A stretch of 64,000 nt of DNA from Leucoraja ocellata (GCA_036785375.1 JAWMAR010000396.1:1178001-1242000); one strand, 5' to 3'; positions 1-14,093 are shown, counted from the stretch's first letter. Translations and numbers: made by a program. The notes: generated by a model from the letters alone, not told the origin.

Positions 1-285
1 ATTCACCACTCTGTGTGAAAAATGTTTTTCTCATCTTGGTCCTAAAAGATTTCCCCCTTATCCTTAAACTGTGACCCTTTGTTCTGGACCTACCCAACAT
101 CGGGAACAATCTTCCTGCATCTAGCCTGTCAAACCCCTTAAGAATTGTGTAAGTTTCTATAAGATCCGCCCTCAATCTTCTAAATTCTAGTGAGTACAAG
201 TCGAGTCTATCCAGTCTTTCTTCATATGAAAGTCCTGACATCCCAGGAATCAGTCTGGTGAACCTTCTCTGTACTCCCTCTGGCT
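1..285 (-). mobile_element. CR1-type LINE 3' fragment (truncated by window edge)
   Basis: Reverse complement of the CR1 ORF2 3' region seen on + at 13235-13903 and 63253-63740. Confidence 0.8.
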
Positions 286-501
286 GAGAATGGATGGCTC
301 AGTGGTCCACTTCTCAAACCTAATTTACTTCGGTTTTCTCCATGTATGTGTTTTTTGCAAGGCCACCTGGAACCCTGTGGACTCATTGCCCATTCTCAAC
401 CCCTCCCCTTACCCGTTCTCTCAATCACATTCCTTTGTGTTTTAAGTCCCATTTCTTTCCTAAAAGGCAGTCGTGAATGAAATAGGATGGTAGAACAATG
501 T

Positions 502-902
502 AGACAAAAATACTGGAAAAACTTAGCGGATGAGGCAGCAGCTATGGAGCGAAGGAAATAGGCAACGTTTTGGGTCGAAACCCTTCTTCAGACTGATATG
601 AGGGTGGGGAGGGCGAGAAGAAGAAAGGAAGAGGAGGAGCAAGCTGAGGGAGAGCTGAGAAAGTATGGACTCTCTGAAATTAGAGGTCAATGTTCATACC
701 ACTGGGTGCAGACTGCCCAACCGAAATATGAGGTGCTGCTCCTCCAATTTACGGTGGTGCTCACTCTGGCCATGGAGGAGGCCCAGGACAGAAAGGTCGG
801 ATTCAGAATGGGAGGGGGAGTTGAAGTGCTGAGCCACCGGGAGATCAGGTTGGTTATTGCAAACCGAGCGGAGTTCTGCGAAGCGATCGCCAAGCATACG
901 GT
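502..902 (-). mobile_element. Penelope-like retroelement 3' fragment with target-site duplication
   Basis: Minus-strand ORF ..LPVAQHFNSPSHS..RKLEEQHLIFRLGSLHP resembles the C-terminus of a PLE GIY-YIG endonuclease. Flanked by an identical 14-bp direct repeat TGGTAGAACAATGT at 488-501 and 903-916. Confidence 0.85.
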
Positions 903-3164
903 TGGTAGAACAATGTGACACTTTCATTATATTCTGAATTAAATTTTTAATTCCTCAGCTTCTGTTTTGTGTTTTTGGATATCATATTTTGTTCCCTGCT
1001 ATACTGGTTGATGAATCAATTTGTAAATGGGTCAGAATGTTGCAGATCAAAGTCTATATTGAGAATCTTGAACGACTGTCCATTGAAACATTGTGGGAGG
1101 TCTTCATCACCTTGTTGACTGTGATCGTTTACAGATCAACAATAAACCAATGTTAGTTCTGATGGGTGGTAAAGTTCCTATGGTGAAGTTTGAAAAGGCA
1201 GCCGACCATGCCATGAAACATGTTAGTGTTTTAGCAAGGCCATATCTAAACTAGCTACTGTATTGCTTGCAGAATGGTTGTAGTTCCACACACTCCTGGC
1301 TGGCTTTTATGCTCACTCCTGCTGCCCCATCTTAACCTGGTTCAGCTGGCACTTCTGTGCTTGCTGACCTACGACAGATCTCAGCTACGCAACACCTATT
1401 TGAAAAATCCCATTGTTGGTTACAAATCCTTTCATGGCTTTATGCTATTGTTCTGTGTAATGTCCTCTGAGTTGTCTGCATCCATGCAGTTCTGACAAAT
1501 TTAGCAGAAACCTTCCGTTCATATCTCAGTGCCTGAAATTCTATAATTGCTTTTCAAACCCCCTCCATCGCCCTATTTCCATTTCTGCTTTTAAAACCTT
1601 TGTTAAAATGTACTTCTTGATCACTTTGGACACGTCCTCATTTTTCCTTCTAGGGGGCTGGGCATCAGTGATAATTGTCCTGTGAAGTGTTATGGGATTT
1701 TTTTAGGTATTTTAATAGTGCTGTGAGTTGATGTTACTGTCCTTCAGAATGATTCATTAAATGTGACATCCTTTTGGATATTTATCAGAATTGTAATAAG
1801 ATTACTGCCTAAAAGCATGCTTCTTGTGTAATTTAGTATTATAGAATTGGGGACATATTTTGCATAGATATGATTGACATTGGCCACCTTTAACCATGAA
1901 GTTCCCAGGATTGATCATATTAATTCCATTTTGATTTAAATGGACAATTCCAAATAGTTTGTGTAACTTAAACAATTCAGTGACTTTCTTTACAACCTCT
2001 GATCAGCAGGGTGTATTGTGAAAATATCTAGCTTACCTCCCCCATTTCTACTATCTTCTCTTTTAAAAACATGGACTATTCTGAATTATAAGTATTAATG
2101 ACTGGCAGAATTAAAACAAAAATCTTATTAAATACATCCAACAGCATATTGCTGAAGATTCTAGTCTTTCCATTACATTAATATATTTTGGAAACATTCA
2201 CCATATTATTCATGTTAATTCTGGAAAAGGCTCCTTTCTAATAACTTAACTTTGACATGTATAGTCATATTGAATACCAACCTTGCCAATGTTTGGGTAT
2301 TATTGGACCTCTCCTATACTTGCATAGTAAGCTATCAACAATCTTGAGGGTTCTAATAGCCTTTTGGAAAGAGCTGCACAATACTCTAGGCAGATCTGCC
2401 AAATCTGTCCGTTGCTGGGAGCTAGAGTGCACGTAATTTAGTTTATTGATTTCAACTATGACAACAGTTTATAGAGATCAAGTGGCATATGGTGTAACAG
2501 CACAGCACCCCAAACAAAAGGATGATGAAATGTGTTCACATGATCTTTCAACTTCAATAAAAATCATTGGAAGGCAAATTTGATATTTCTGTTGACTTTT
2601 TTGCAGAGAATATTTTTGTGAGATTTAGGAAAATCCAATGATTCGCTTTTTTACAATATTTGTATAATATTGTGTGTCCAGTAATTAGAGGTACTGAAAA
2701 TGGACATATATTAAACTTGCCCATTTACTGTTGCTCCAAGTTGCAGGTGAATTGGGATATGTGGATTAGAGTTCATGATGTACACGCCCCTTTCTGACCC
2801 AAGTTTATTTTATTTATTCAACTATAACTAAAAATGTGCCTCCTAAATCCTATCAATTCACCCTCTGGGGCCCTAACTATCCTGTGATTCAATTCCATCT
2901 CAACATCTGCACCTTCAGATCATTAACATGAAAAGTTAGATTTGTGTTTATACAGAATGATAATTAAAGCACTGTATATACACAGACCAATTTTAAACCA
3001 TGTTCGGTTTTACAAAAGGTTGAGGTGCAAACTGAGTTTATGTAGTGCTTTCCCTGCTGTTTGTGTGTCATCTGATTTCTGTCGAGTCTTGTTTATAAAA
3101 CAGTTTTCTTTAAATGTACCCTTTTCTCACACTTGACTCATTTCTTATTCTCTTTTAACAAAAG

Positions 3165-3261
3165 GCTTCAAACCAAGTGCCACCGTTGTTGATGGTGGGG
3201 CAGGGACCAGTTCGCCTGCCTGCATCCAATCAAGGGCCTGCTGGTCCTGGGCCAAGCAAAG
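3165..3261 (+). CDS. WDR33: WDR33 internal coding exon (Gly/Pro-rich C-terminal region)
   Basis: Pyrimidine tract + AAAG acceptor, G|GTGAGA donor. Encodes ASNQVPPLLMVGQGPVRLPASNQGPAGPGPSK, similar to human ..GRIPPLNPGQGPGPNKG. Phase 1 joins the next exon. Confidence 0.8.
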
Positions 3262-4099
3262 GTGAGAAGTGCAGCAGGGCACATGGAATGATTTATTCGA
3301 CAAACTTAAATGGTGGTCGTCTTCTCAAAGCTCTAACTTCCTTGTTAAATAATATTGTAAATAATGGTTATTAAAGCATGGAAATTCTGATTTATTATTA
3401 AATTTGTCTTGTGAAATAGCATTTAACTTGTGACAAAAGGGAATGATTATTGTGTGTAGGGTACTCAGAAAGTTGGTGTGACAGCTGGAAACTAACTTCA
3501 ACATGCATGTAAAAAAGGCCCAGAGTGGGCTTTATGAGTCAAATGTTACGATCTCTGTCACAGTTTTAAATGTATTTCATTTCAGATTTCTCCTCTAAAT
3601 GTTGCTCAGCATCTTCCAATGAATAAAGCGTTGTCTAAAACTGAGGCACAACACCAAAGCAGACCCGCAGGACAGTTCTGGCTTGCTCACCTTGGTAACA
3701 AGTGAGCTTCTGGAACTCAAGTCCCATTTTCACATGTTTATTGAATGGCAGTTAATTAATTCTTCAACGATTAGGAGAGATTTCCTTCACTCAAGGACAC
3801 TCTTGTCCTCCCTTGGGTACTCATCTACCCAGACAGTTCCCAAGGGGCCAATACTTAGTGCTGGCTATATTGAAAGTAAATTGCTTTCATATAATGGGTG
3901 CTATGAAGATCTTGCTTCTCCTGCTCTGCACAGTGGCCAATACCTTCATAAGAAAAATAACAAGCCTGCCAAACCACTGAAACTAGTTCCTGATTGACAA
4001 AGTTGCAGTGAACAGAGACTTCTGAATCATCTGGACCCTTGTCTCCCCTTCCCTATCTTGTTGAAATGCTAAGTCACAACTTTCATGGAAAAAAGTATG

Positions 4100-4730
4100 A
4101 AAGCTAGGGATAGTTAATGGAGACAAAACAACATTTAAAAGAGATTTGAACAGGTACATGGATCGGAAAGGCTTAGAGAGATATCGTCCAAATGCAGGCA
4201 GCTGAGACAGACAGGTGGTGTAGTTAGGTTGGCATAAGCAAATTGGACTGCAGGACCTATTCCCGTGCTGCATGACTCTGAGAACAGTTTATTATGGTCG
4301 AGGAGGTACTAGATATCCTCGGGTATCTGAAGGTAGTTAAATCTTCCAGGCCTGATCAGATATATCAGAGGATGCTGTCGGAATCTCGAGAAGAAATTGA
4401 AGAGGCCGGATTAGATATTTCAATCATTTTTACACATGGGTCAGGTGCTGGATGACTGGAGGGTGGTTAATGCGCCTCTATTTAAGAAAAGCTGCAAAAC
4501 CTTGGATCCATAGACCAGTGAGCGTAACCTCTGTTACTGGAGAGGATTATGAGTTACATTGGCCTTCATCAGTTAGGGTATTGAGTGCAGAAGTTGGGAA
4601 GTTATGTTACAGTTGTGCAAAACGAGGCCTCATTTGGAGTATTGTGTTCATTTTTGGTCACCCTACTAGGAAGGATATCTGTAAGCTGGGAGGAGTCCAG
4701 AGAAGATTTCTGAAGATGTTGCCAAAACTT
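4100..4730 (+). mobile_element. Degraded CR1 LINE fragments
   Basis: Remnants such as RGLIWSIV../KDICKLGGVQRRFLKMLPKL plus CR1 3' UTR-like sequence. Confidence 0.65.
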
Positions 4731-5494
4731 GAGCCCCCCCCCCCCCACTACCTGAAACATTAATTTCCTTTGTCATGGGCATGTTGTGGGCCATTTCCAT
4801 ATTGCCTTATAATTATTCTTGGAACTGACTGTCTAGTTCTGCTGCCTGCATTTTGTTCCACTCTTCTCTTTGAACCTAGCTTGGTTCTCTGGTTTGATGG
4901 CAATGATGTAATGGGGAATGTGCCCATCATGAGGTTACAGATAGTAGTAAAGTGTACATGTGTACTGAAAGATGTCTCATTTTAAATTGCTTGACTTGTT
5001 GATCAGTCTCATTTATATGGTGAAAAAAACATTGTGTGTCAGGGTAGGAGAGGGACGCCACGAATGGTGATGCAATGCACAAGGGAATCTGTGGCAGTTG
5101 GATTAGTGGGGGCAAGGTGATGCACGTGTTTCCATGAGCTGATTGTGGCTTCATCTGTCCCAGACCCAGTATTGTTGTTAGGTCACTCAGGACTCTGGCA
5201 GCCCACTCGATACAGGTGTCACAGAACTGCTCAGTGCTGAGGATTAAGTCCCCTACCCATCTGAAGAAAGATGTTAGATGGTGACTTCCTTGCCTATGTT
5301 TCAAAAATACTGTAGACAATGCTGACAATTTGAGTTACAAATTTTTCTTGCTACATTGGTCTTTCAGCATTACAATGAGCTGTAATTGCTGTTTACATTG
5401 CACATTTGGCTTGATAAATAAGTTGGACAGATCTGACTTTTGTGCCTATGTAATTTATCTTTTTGAATTAAATCAATTAATTTTACCCTGACAG

Positions 5495-5969
5495 GTGACT
5501 CTCATGGTCCACCAAACCATCACACAGGCCATTCGCAAGAAATGAGGCGAGATCATAGTGCCGAGCGGGACCCTGAGCGAGGACCTCCTTTCAGGGGATC
5601 CCAGGACTGGGGGGATCACCGCGATAACAGAGGGTCTGCAGAGAGGCGAGGTCCACCACAGGACTACCACGATCGTTTTGAGGGACCCGATCAATTCCAC
5701 GATGACTTCCGCAAGGACGAGCGATTCGGTCACCGGCCGCGGGAGTTTGAGAACCGTATGGGTCCGAACCCTCATGAGGAGGGTTGGCGAAGGGGTCCTG
5801 GTCCTCAGCGGGATTTTCCTCCTGATCAGGAGTACAGGGAATTTGGGGACCCGGAGCAGAGGGGCCCAGGTCGGTGTCCACCCCAAGGTTGGGACGGAAG
5901 GAAAGCCCCGGAAGAGCGATTCCCGAGGGAGCCTGAAGAAGCACGTTTTCGTGGGCGGAGAGATGACAG
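5495..5969 (+). CDS. WDR33: WDR33 internal coding exon
   Basis: ACAG acceptor, AG|GTGGGA donor. GDSHGPPNHH..ERGPPFRGSQD..DERFGHRPREFE..ERFPREPEEARFRGRRDD matches human GDSRGPPNHH..DKRFGHRLREFE..ERFPRDPEDPRFRGRREE. Confidence 0.95.
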
Positions 5970-6089
5970 GTGGGAACAAATTTCCAACAATTATTGAGTG
6001 GGAGACTGAGGTGAAGTTCTATTTAATCAAGAATTCTTTATTTTTATTCACAGTTGTATACTGAACTGGATTTAAAAAATCATCAGATC

Positions 6090-6897
6090 GTGTTAGTTTA
6101 TTGTCATATACACCAGGGTGCAATGAAATTTCTTGGTCAGATACAGCTCGCAGAGTATACCGTGTATAGTGTAACGATAAATACACTGATGAGTGTAAAA
6201 CCGCAGAATGGTGCAATATTATAGTACAAAAAAATTAAAGTACAATAGCAATAAGCGAATGAGGTAGAGTTAATAGTGAGGGTACAAGGCAACACCTCTG
6301 GGAATGGGATATGAAAGAGATGATTGGTTCTGGAACTTGATAGCAGTGGCAAAGAAGTTTTTGAGTCTGGACATCCAAGCTTTCAATCTGCATCTTCTCC
6401 CAGAAGTAGAAGAGGGAAAAGGGAATGGTCAGCATGGCAGGCATTCTTGACAATATTTTCAGCCTTCCTGATGCAATGCACTGTGAAGAAAGTGACGAGC
6501 CTGTGATTGGGCTGTTTATCACTCTCTGCAGGTTCAGACGGACGAGAGCAGAGCAATTGCAGTACCAGTTTGAGGTGCCATCCCGCCATAATGCTTTCCA
6601 CGGCACATCTGTAGAAGTTGGAGGGAATCCCTGTGGGCATACTGATTCTTCTCAGATACCTAAGAAAGTAAATACACTGATGCATTTTCTTGATCACTGC
6701 ATCAGTTGGAAGGAACCAGGTTAGGAGATATGAATGAGTAGAAGCTTGAAACAGTCGAAGATCTCTGCAGCTGCTCCATGGTTGAGCATAGGATTTTGTT
6801 CAGTTCTCGCTTCCATTGATCAACAATCAACCCATTTGTCTTGCCGATGTGAAGGGCTAGGTTGATGTCCTGACACCATAACACACGTTTCTCCATC
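6090..6897 (-). mobile_element. Rex-Babar-type LINE 3' fragment, interrupted by a CR1 insertion
   Basis: Minus ORF KKMHQCIYFLRYLRR..NFYRCAVESIMAGW resembles the Rex1/Babar RT C-terminus. Sequence appears to resume briefly after 9157. Confidence 0.7.
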
Positions 6898-9156
6898 ACG
6901 GGTGGGTTTGAACCAAAAAGCGCGGGGGTGGAGTCAACAACGTGGAAGCGTATCTGTGCAGCTAACGGGAAAGAGAATCTAGGAAAGGTCACGTTTAAAC
7001 TAACAGGGCAGGGGGGTGGGACCCAATGCAAGGAGATAGAAGGCCATAAAAGGAGGACAAAAGCAAAAGGTAGAAGGGAGATAAGAAAAGCTCACCTGAA
7101 AGCTTTGTGCCTTAATACGAGGAGTATTTGAAAGAAGGTGGATGATTTGAATACGCAGGTAGTAGTTGAGGGATATGATATAGTCGGAATTATGGAGACA
7201 TGGCTCCAGGGTGACCAAGGCTGGGAGCTAAACATGCAGGGGTATTCAATATTCAGGAAGGATCGACAGAAAGGAAGAGGAGGTGGGGTGACATTGCTGG
7301 TTAAAGAGGAGATTAATGCAATTGCAAGGAGAGACATTAGCTTGGATGCTGTAGAATCGGTATGGGTAGAACTGAATAGTCAAGGGCAGAAAAGGCTTGT
7401 TGGAGTGGTATACAGACCACCAAACAGCAGTTGGGAGGTTGAGGATAGCATCTAGGAGGAAATTAGGGATGCGTGCAGCAAGGGTACAGCGGTTATCATG
7501 GGTGACTTTAATCTACATGTAGATAGGGCCAACCAAATTGGTAACAGTGCTGAGGAGGATTTCCTGGAATGTATACGTGATGGGTTTTTTAACCAATATG
7601 TAGAGGATTCGACTTGAGGGCAGGCCATCCTAGACTGGGTATTGTGTAATGAGGAAGGATTAGGTAGCGATCTTGTTGCGCAAGGCCCCTTAGGCAACAA
7701 TGACCATAATACGGAGTAATTCTGCATTAGGATGGAGAGTGACACGGTTAATTCAGAGACTGGGGTCCTGAACTTGAATAAAGGAGACTTTGAAGGTATG
7801 ATATGGGAATTGGCTAGGACAGACTGGCAAATTCTACTTAAAGGGTTGACAGTGGAAATTCAAAGGCGAAGATTTAAAGACCTCATGGATGAACTCAAGA
7901 AATTGTTCATCCCTGTCTGGCGAAAAAATAAAACTGGGAAGGAGGCTCAACCGTGGCTGACGAGGGAAATCAAGGATAGGGTTAAAGCCCAGGAAGAGGC
8001 ATATAAATTGGCCAGAAGAAGTGGCAAACCAGAGGACTGGGAGAAATTTAGAACAGAGGAGGACAAAGGGGTTAATTAAGAAGGGAAAAAAGGGATTGCA
8101 AGAAAGCTTGCGGGGAATATAAAAACTGACTAAATGTTTCTGTAGGAATGTAAAAAGGAAAAGATTAGTGAAGACGAATGTAGGTCCCTTACAGTCAGAG
8201 ACAGGTGAATTTATAATGGGAAACAAGCAAATGGCAGAATAATCAAAGAGTACTTTGGTCCTGTCTTCACTAAGGAAGACACAAACAATCTCCCGAAAAT
8301 ACTAGGGGACCGGGGATCTAGCGAGAGAGAGGAACTGAATGAATCCACATTAGTCGGAAAATGGTGTTAGGTAAACTGTTGGGACTGAAGGCAGATAAAC
8401 CCTCAGGGCCTGATGGTCTGCATCCCAGAGTACTCAAGGAGGTGGCCTTGGAATTGTGGATGCTTTGGTGAAAATTTTCCAATGTTCTCTCGACTGGATG
8501 AGTTCCTGTGGACTGGAGGGTACTCCACTTTTTAAGAAAAGAGGGAGAGTGAAAATGGGGAATTATAGACCAGTTAACCGTACATCGGTAGAGGGGAAGA
8601 TGCTTGAGTCTATTATTAAAGATGTTATAGCAACGCTTTTGGAAAGCAGTGACAGGATTAGTCAAAGTCAGCATGGATTTATGGGGAGATCATGCTTGAC
8701 TAATCTTCTGGAATTTTTTGAGGATGTAACAAGTAGAATGGATAATGGAGAGCCTGTGGATGTAGTGTATCTGGACTTTCAAGAAGCATATCACAAGGTC
8801 CCACATAAGAGATTAATGTGCAAAATTAGTGCACATGGTATTGGACAGGAAAATGTTCCCGGTGTTGGGGGAGTCCAGAACCAGGGGTCACAGTTTAAGA
8901 ATAAGGGGACTGAGATGAGGAAATTAGGACTGAGATGAGGAAAAACTTTTTCACCCAGAGAGTTGTGAATCTGTGGAATTCACTGGATGTTTTCAAGAGA
9001 GAGTTAGATGTAGCTCTTGGGATTAAGGGTATCAAGAGATATGGGGGAAAGCCGGAACGGGGTACTGATTTTGGATGATCAGCCATGATCATATTGAATG
9101 GAGGTGCTGGCTCGAAGAACCGAATGGCCTATTCCTGCACCTTTCTGTTTCTATTT
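6898..9156 (+). mobile_element. CR1 LINE, 5'-truncated and internally deleted ORF2 (APE endonuclease + RT remnants)
   Basis: LCLNTRSI, YDIVGIMETWLQ, GVVYRPP, NYRPV, SCLTNLLEFFEDVT, DVVYLDFQEAYHKVPHKRL with stops and frameshifts. Deletion junction near 8845; CR1 3' tail at the end. Confidence 0.95.
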
Positions 9157-11799
9157 CTTTCCTGTACTTCATGTTGCATAACTTGAACTAATATCCAGAT
9201 TGAATCCATCATTTCAACCTTCCATCGCCTAACAGTGCATTTCAAGCAGCATTGTAGCTCAAACAAATCACAGCAGGTAGCTAGAGAATGACAATTATAT
9301 TACTTGTACGTGAGATACCCAATGGGTACGTTGAATTAAATGATTAATGAAAATATAGTACGTGGACTCATATTTTCCGAAAGGAAACGTTAATACCATT
9401 GATCACAAGTTGATGCACAGACACATGCATATGCAACATCAAAAAGCTAGTAAAGAAAATGTTGTCACAGAAATGGGAAGGCTCTGGGGCACCATGGTAC
9501 ACAATTGTAACACAATAGGCAAGGAAATATATCATCAATGTTTTGACATTTTTAGAATTCCATAAATAATCCACTACCAGAGGACTGGAAGTCAATATTC
9601 TCTACTGTTTAAAAAAACATGCAAACCTGGAGAGTCTAAAATTCAATCCTCCAAAAAACTGAGGACATTCCATAATATGTTGAAAACGTAGATTTGAGCA
9701 ACACAAGTAACATAGTATCATCGTGGTATTCGATGAACAAGATTACACTGCTCAAACTTCTAGAATCTATTTGAGGAGGTGATGAACAAACCTCTGCACA
9801 AACTTCTCGAATGTTTGTGGAGGTGATTCTGATAACGATCTAGTCCATTATTAGATTTTCAGAAGTATGACCTTCGTAGAAATGGTTCAGTCTTCGAGAG
9901 AGAATGAGGATTGATGTAGCAACTGAAGCTGGGGATAAATGGACCCTTCCAGTTCCGTGAATTATTGGTGTATATAGCTCATAGTAAACACTGTATGTAA
10001 CTAAAATCATAGCTGTAATTTGGAAAGTTTATGAGTATGAATCTTCTCCCTGTTTCAATTAATCTCAGTCTCTTCAAGGATGGCCCTGCAAATTGTGGGT
10101 AGGCACAAAAATAGCTTGTGAGGGATAGCCTGTCTCCACTTCATGGGGGGCAGTCAGCATTTATATCTCCAAATCAGTGTTAGGGCAGATGCCTCAAAAT
10201 TCCTTCTAAAGATTTGAGCAGGTTTTGGATCAAGATGGCAATGTTTGGCTAGTGGCATTGGCCATGTGATCAATTTGAGATTCATAAGTGTTTTTGTGTT
10301 GACTTGCAAATCAAATTTTAAATGCCCACCAAGTGCTCCCCTGGACCCTATGAGAAATTGGAAATGGAAGCACTTCATCAAATTCTGCTGGGCACAGCCA
10401 AGCACAAAACCAGACCCATGTGTAGCTGGACTATTAACTCAAGACAACGGTAAAGTGCATTCATTGTTCCAGTTTAAGCCTTGTCCCCATATTTTACCTG
10501 AACCACTGGCAAGTGTTTGCTTTCTGGAATCGCTTACTCAAGATGAGCTGTGAACTTCTTAAATAGAACAAGATACCATGCAGGAATTCTGTACCTTGTA
10601 TCACTTCAGAGGGTAGCATCAGCCATGTCAGATACTTCTGGTAGTCATCAGAAGTATGAGTAGTTTATTCGCTGAAGCATTATAAGCAATCCACAAACTC
10701 AATTCAGATTGGGTAAAATGAAATTACAAAAGGGTTAAGCAGGCAAAGTCTTTCCTGAATTATTTACAGTTCTTGAAATTGAAGTATTTCTTCAGAAGAA
10801 GCAGCACCCTGATCTTCAAGAAGATATGTGAAAAGATGCATCATGCATCCCCAATAATCTACATCCCCTGCAATAGGACAAGTACTAAACTGCTGATAAC
10901 TGAATTTTTAATTTTCATGACATCTGAAGACTGGGCTGGCTTTGAAGATAACACTCTGTGACCAAGGTCATCTACATGGTCCATGCTGACAGTCCACAAA
11001 GCCAAAATCAAGGAACTCCGCTGATAACACCTATGTTCGTTGTTATGCACAGGTGCATTTACTATTTTCAAAAATTCCTGTAATGGATCAAGATTAGCAG
11101 TCAGTTACTTGGATTGAAACAATTATTTCTACATGTACATTCACTCATGACGAGTTTTGCCATCAAAATGCTCGCTAACCCCCACAGATTTCTTAAAACT
11201 TTGGCATACGCCAAAGCATCATCGGAGCAGCTTTTGAAACCAGAAAATAAGGAGAACATGAAATGAATTGATAATGTGCAGGTTTCCTCATTAATCAATA
11301 AATTCTACACCAAAGCACCAAGATCATTTAATGTGCACAGTTGAATTAAGATGAGTATGTAGAACTGATGGCTCTAACTATTTGTAACCTAGATGTATTA
11401 CTGGTACCTTATGCAAGTATAACTGCTGTACCTCTGACTTGCAATGAGCAGTGTGCCACAGGTGTCGACAAATAATCCAGCTTGCACTCTGCTGCCCTTC
11501 ATAACCACAGTAGCATAAGTAACTAGTGTGGAAATTTAGGCATGGACCCTTATTCTTGAGCCATCTTCTGTTTGTGGTGTCCATTAAGATAAAAGTAAAA
11601 ATAAGATTAAAAAGTAATCCTGAGTTCATGTCAAGGTTGGTTTTGAATTCTAATCATGTTTCATTGTACATTGTTCATTAGCTAAACAATTAAACTGCAA
11701 GTAATTTCAAGAATATTTGAAAGTAATTACGTGCTTTATAGGTCATAATATCTCCAGTTCCACTGTGCATAAATCCATTGGGATCCCTTAAGTGATCTA

Positions 11800-12790
11800 T
11801 AATGTTGGTGGATATATGGAATAAGCTGTCAGAGGAGGTGATAGAGACAGGTACAATTACAATGCTTAAAAGACATTTGGACAGGAACATGGATAGGAGG
11901 AATTGGGCCAAATTCAGGCAAATTAGATTAGGTCAGGAAGGGGGCTTTGGTCAGCACGTTGTGCTGGGCCAAAGGGCCTGTTTCCGTGCTGTATGACAGT
12001 AGATGTATCTGAAACACTGAAGATGGTTATCAAGAATTGTAGCAGGATCTTGATCAGCTGGGTAAGTGGGCCAAGGAATGACACATGGAAGTCAATGAGA
12101 ATAAGTGTGAGGTGTGGATTTTGGGAAGTCAAACCAAGGTAGGTCTTTCACAGTGAATGGCAGGGTCTGTGGGAGTGTCGAAGAACAGAAGGATCTGGCA
12201 GTACAAATACCAAGTTCCCTGAAAGTGATACCACACGTAGACGAGGTGAAAAAGGCTTTTGGCATGCTTGCCTTCATCAGTCAGGGAATTGATTATAGAA
12301 GTTGGGACATTATGTTGCAGTTGTACAAGACATTGGTGAGGCTGCACTTGGATATTGTGTTCCATTTTGATCACCCAGCTATGGGAAATATTCCATTAGG
12401 CTGGAAAGAGTACAAAAAAGATTTAGGTAGATTTTCCAGGTTCATGGGATTGAGTAATAGGGAGAGGTTGGGCAGGCTAGGACTTTATTCCTCGGAGTGC
12501 ATGAGAATGAGGTGATTTTGTGGAGGAGTGTAAAATTATGAGGGGCATGGGAGAGTGAATGCACACCATTTTTTCCCAGGATTGGGTAATCAAGAACAGA
12601 AGTGAATAGGTTTTGTGAGAGGAGAAAGATTAAATAGGCACCTGAGAGGCAGCTTTTCCACACACAGGGTTGTACATATATGGAACTAGCTGCCCAAGGA
12701 AGTAGCTGACGCAGGTGTAAACGGGCATCTTGGTCGGTGTGGAAAGTTGAGCCAAACAGCATGTGTCCGAGCTATATGACTTCACAACTC
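11800..12790 (+). mobile_element. CR1 LINE 3' fragments (older copies)
   Basis: KKAFGMLAFISQGIDYRSWDIMLQLYKTLVRLHL, ERLGRLGLYS and CR1 3' UTRs. Confidence 0.85.
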
Positions 12791-13234
12791 TAATACTAAG
12801 CAACACAATGAGATACTGACCCAACATTCAATCACAAAACAATTACCCTAAAATCTTTATGTTATGTGCCAAATGTGTCCATTCAAATGTGTAAATAAAA
12901 ATGTAAATACAGCAGCGGAAAGCCTGAGCTTGCTCCACTATACAGTTACAGCATGCTGATCCTCATCAATCTTCATGTTCTACCATATTCCTTGATTCAC
13001 ATTGATCTCGCTTTGAATATATTAAGTGACTGAAAATACTCAGCAAGTTAGTCAGTATCCAAGTGTGTCAACATTTAAGGTAGATAACTTTTCATCAGTA
13101 TTAAGAAAAGTTGGAAATCAAACATGCTCTTGGAAGAGGTGGAAAGAACAGGAGAGTGTCTGGGATAGGGCAAAGACCAGGAGAGACTGAATGAAAAGTG
13201 GTTGTGGTGCTACCTGAGAGGGTGGGAAGTTAAT

Positions 13235-13903
13235 ATCAGCATACGGGTACAGCAGGCAGTGAAGAAAGCAAATGGCATGCTGGCCTTCATAACAAGTGGA
13301 GTTGAGTATAGGAGCAAAGAGGTCCTTATGCAGTTGTACAGGGCCCTAGTGAGACTACACCTGGAGTATTATGTGCAGTTTTGGTCTCCTAATTTGAGGA
13401 AGGACATTTAGCTGTTTGGCTATTGAGGGAGTGCAGCGTAGGTTCACGAGGTTAATTCCCGGGACTGTCATGATGAAAGAATGGAATGACTGGGCTAGTG
13501 TGCACTGGGATTTAGAAGGATGAGAGGGTATCTTATAAAAACATATACAATTATTAAGGGATTGGACATGCTAGATGCAGGAAACATGTTCCAGATGTTG
13601 GGGGAGTCCAGAACCAGGGCCCACAGTTTAAGAATAAGGGGTAGGCCATTTAGAACTGAGATGAGGACAAACCTTTTCACCCAGGGAGTTGTGGAATTCT
13701 CTGCCTCAGAAGGCAGCGGAGGCCGACTAACTGGATGCATTCAAAAGAGAGTTAGAGCTCTTTGGGCTAGCGGAATCAAGGTTTATGGGGAGAAGGCAGG
13801 AACGGGGTACTGATTGTGGATGATCAGCCATGATCACATTGAATGGCGGTGCTGGCTCGAAGGGCCGAATGGCCTCCTCCTGCACCTATTTTCTATGTAT
13901 CTC
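13235..13903 (+). mobile_element. CR1 LINE 3' end
   Basis: VKKANGMLAFITSGVEYRSKEVLMQLYRALVRLHLEYYVQFWSP; tail GAAGGGCCGAATGGCCTCCTCCTGCACCTATTTTCTATG. Confidence 0.9.
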
Positions 13904-14093
13904 TATTATCCTGCCAAGCTTCTCAAGAAATGATGTGTTTTGATGAAATATTTTTCATTCTTCTGAATTCAAGTATAGACAATAATCTGACCTCAAAGCA
14001 GTTTGCTGTCATGGCGAGGTGTGAAAGTATTGCAACTGCTTCGTTCAGTCAAACTAAGAACTATGAGTGAGACTCAGAACATTTTCTCTCAAG

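Noticed and set aside
5473-6064. Alternative-frame and antisense ORFs over the WDR33 exon
   Set aside because: By-products of a GC-rich exon; only one frame matches WDR33 and the splice phases.
10100-11700. Unique-looking WDR33 intronic sequence with short ORFs
   Set aside because: No recognisable protein, snoRNA box arrangement or splice-compatible exon. The flanking exons already join in frame and are collinear with human WDR33.
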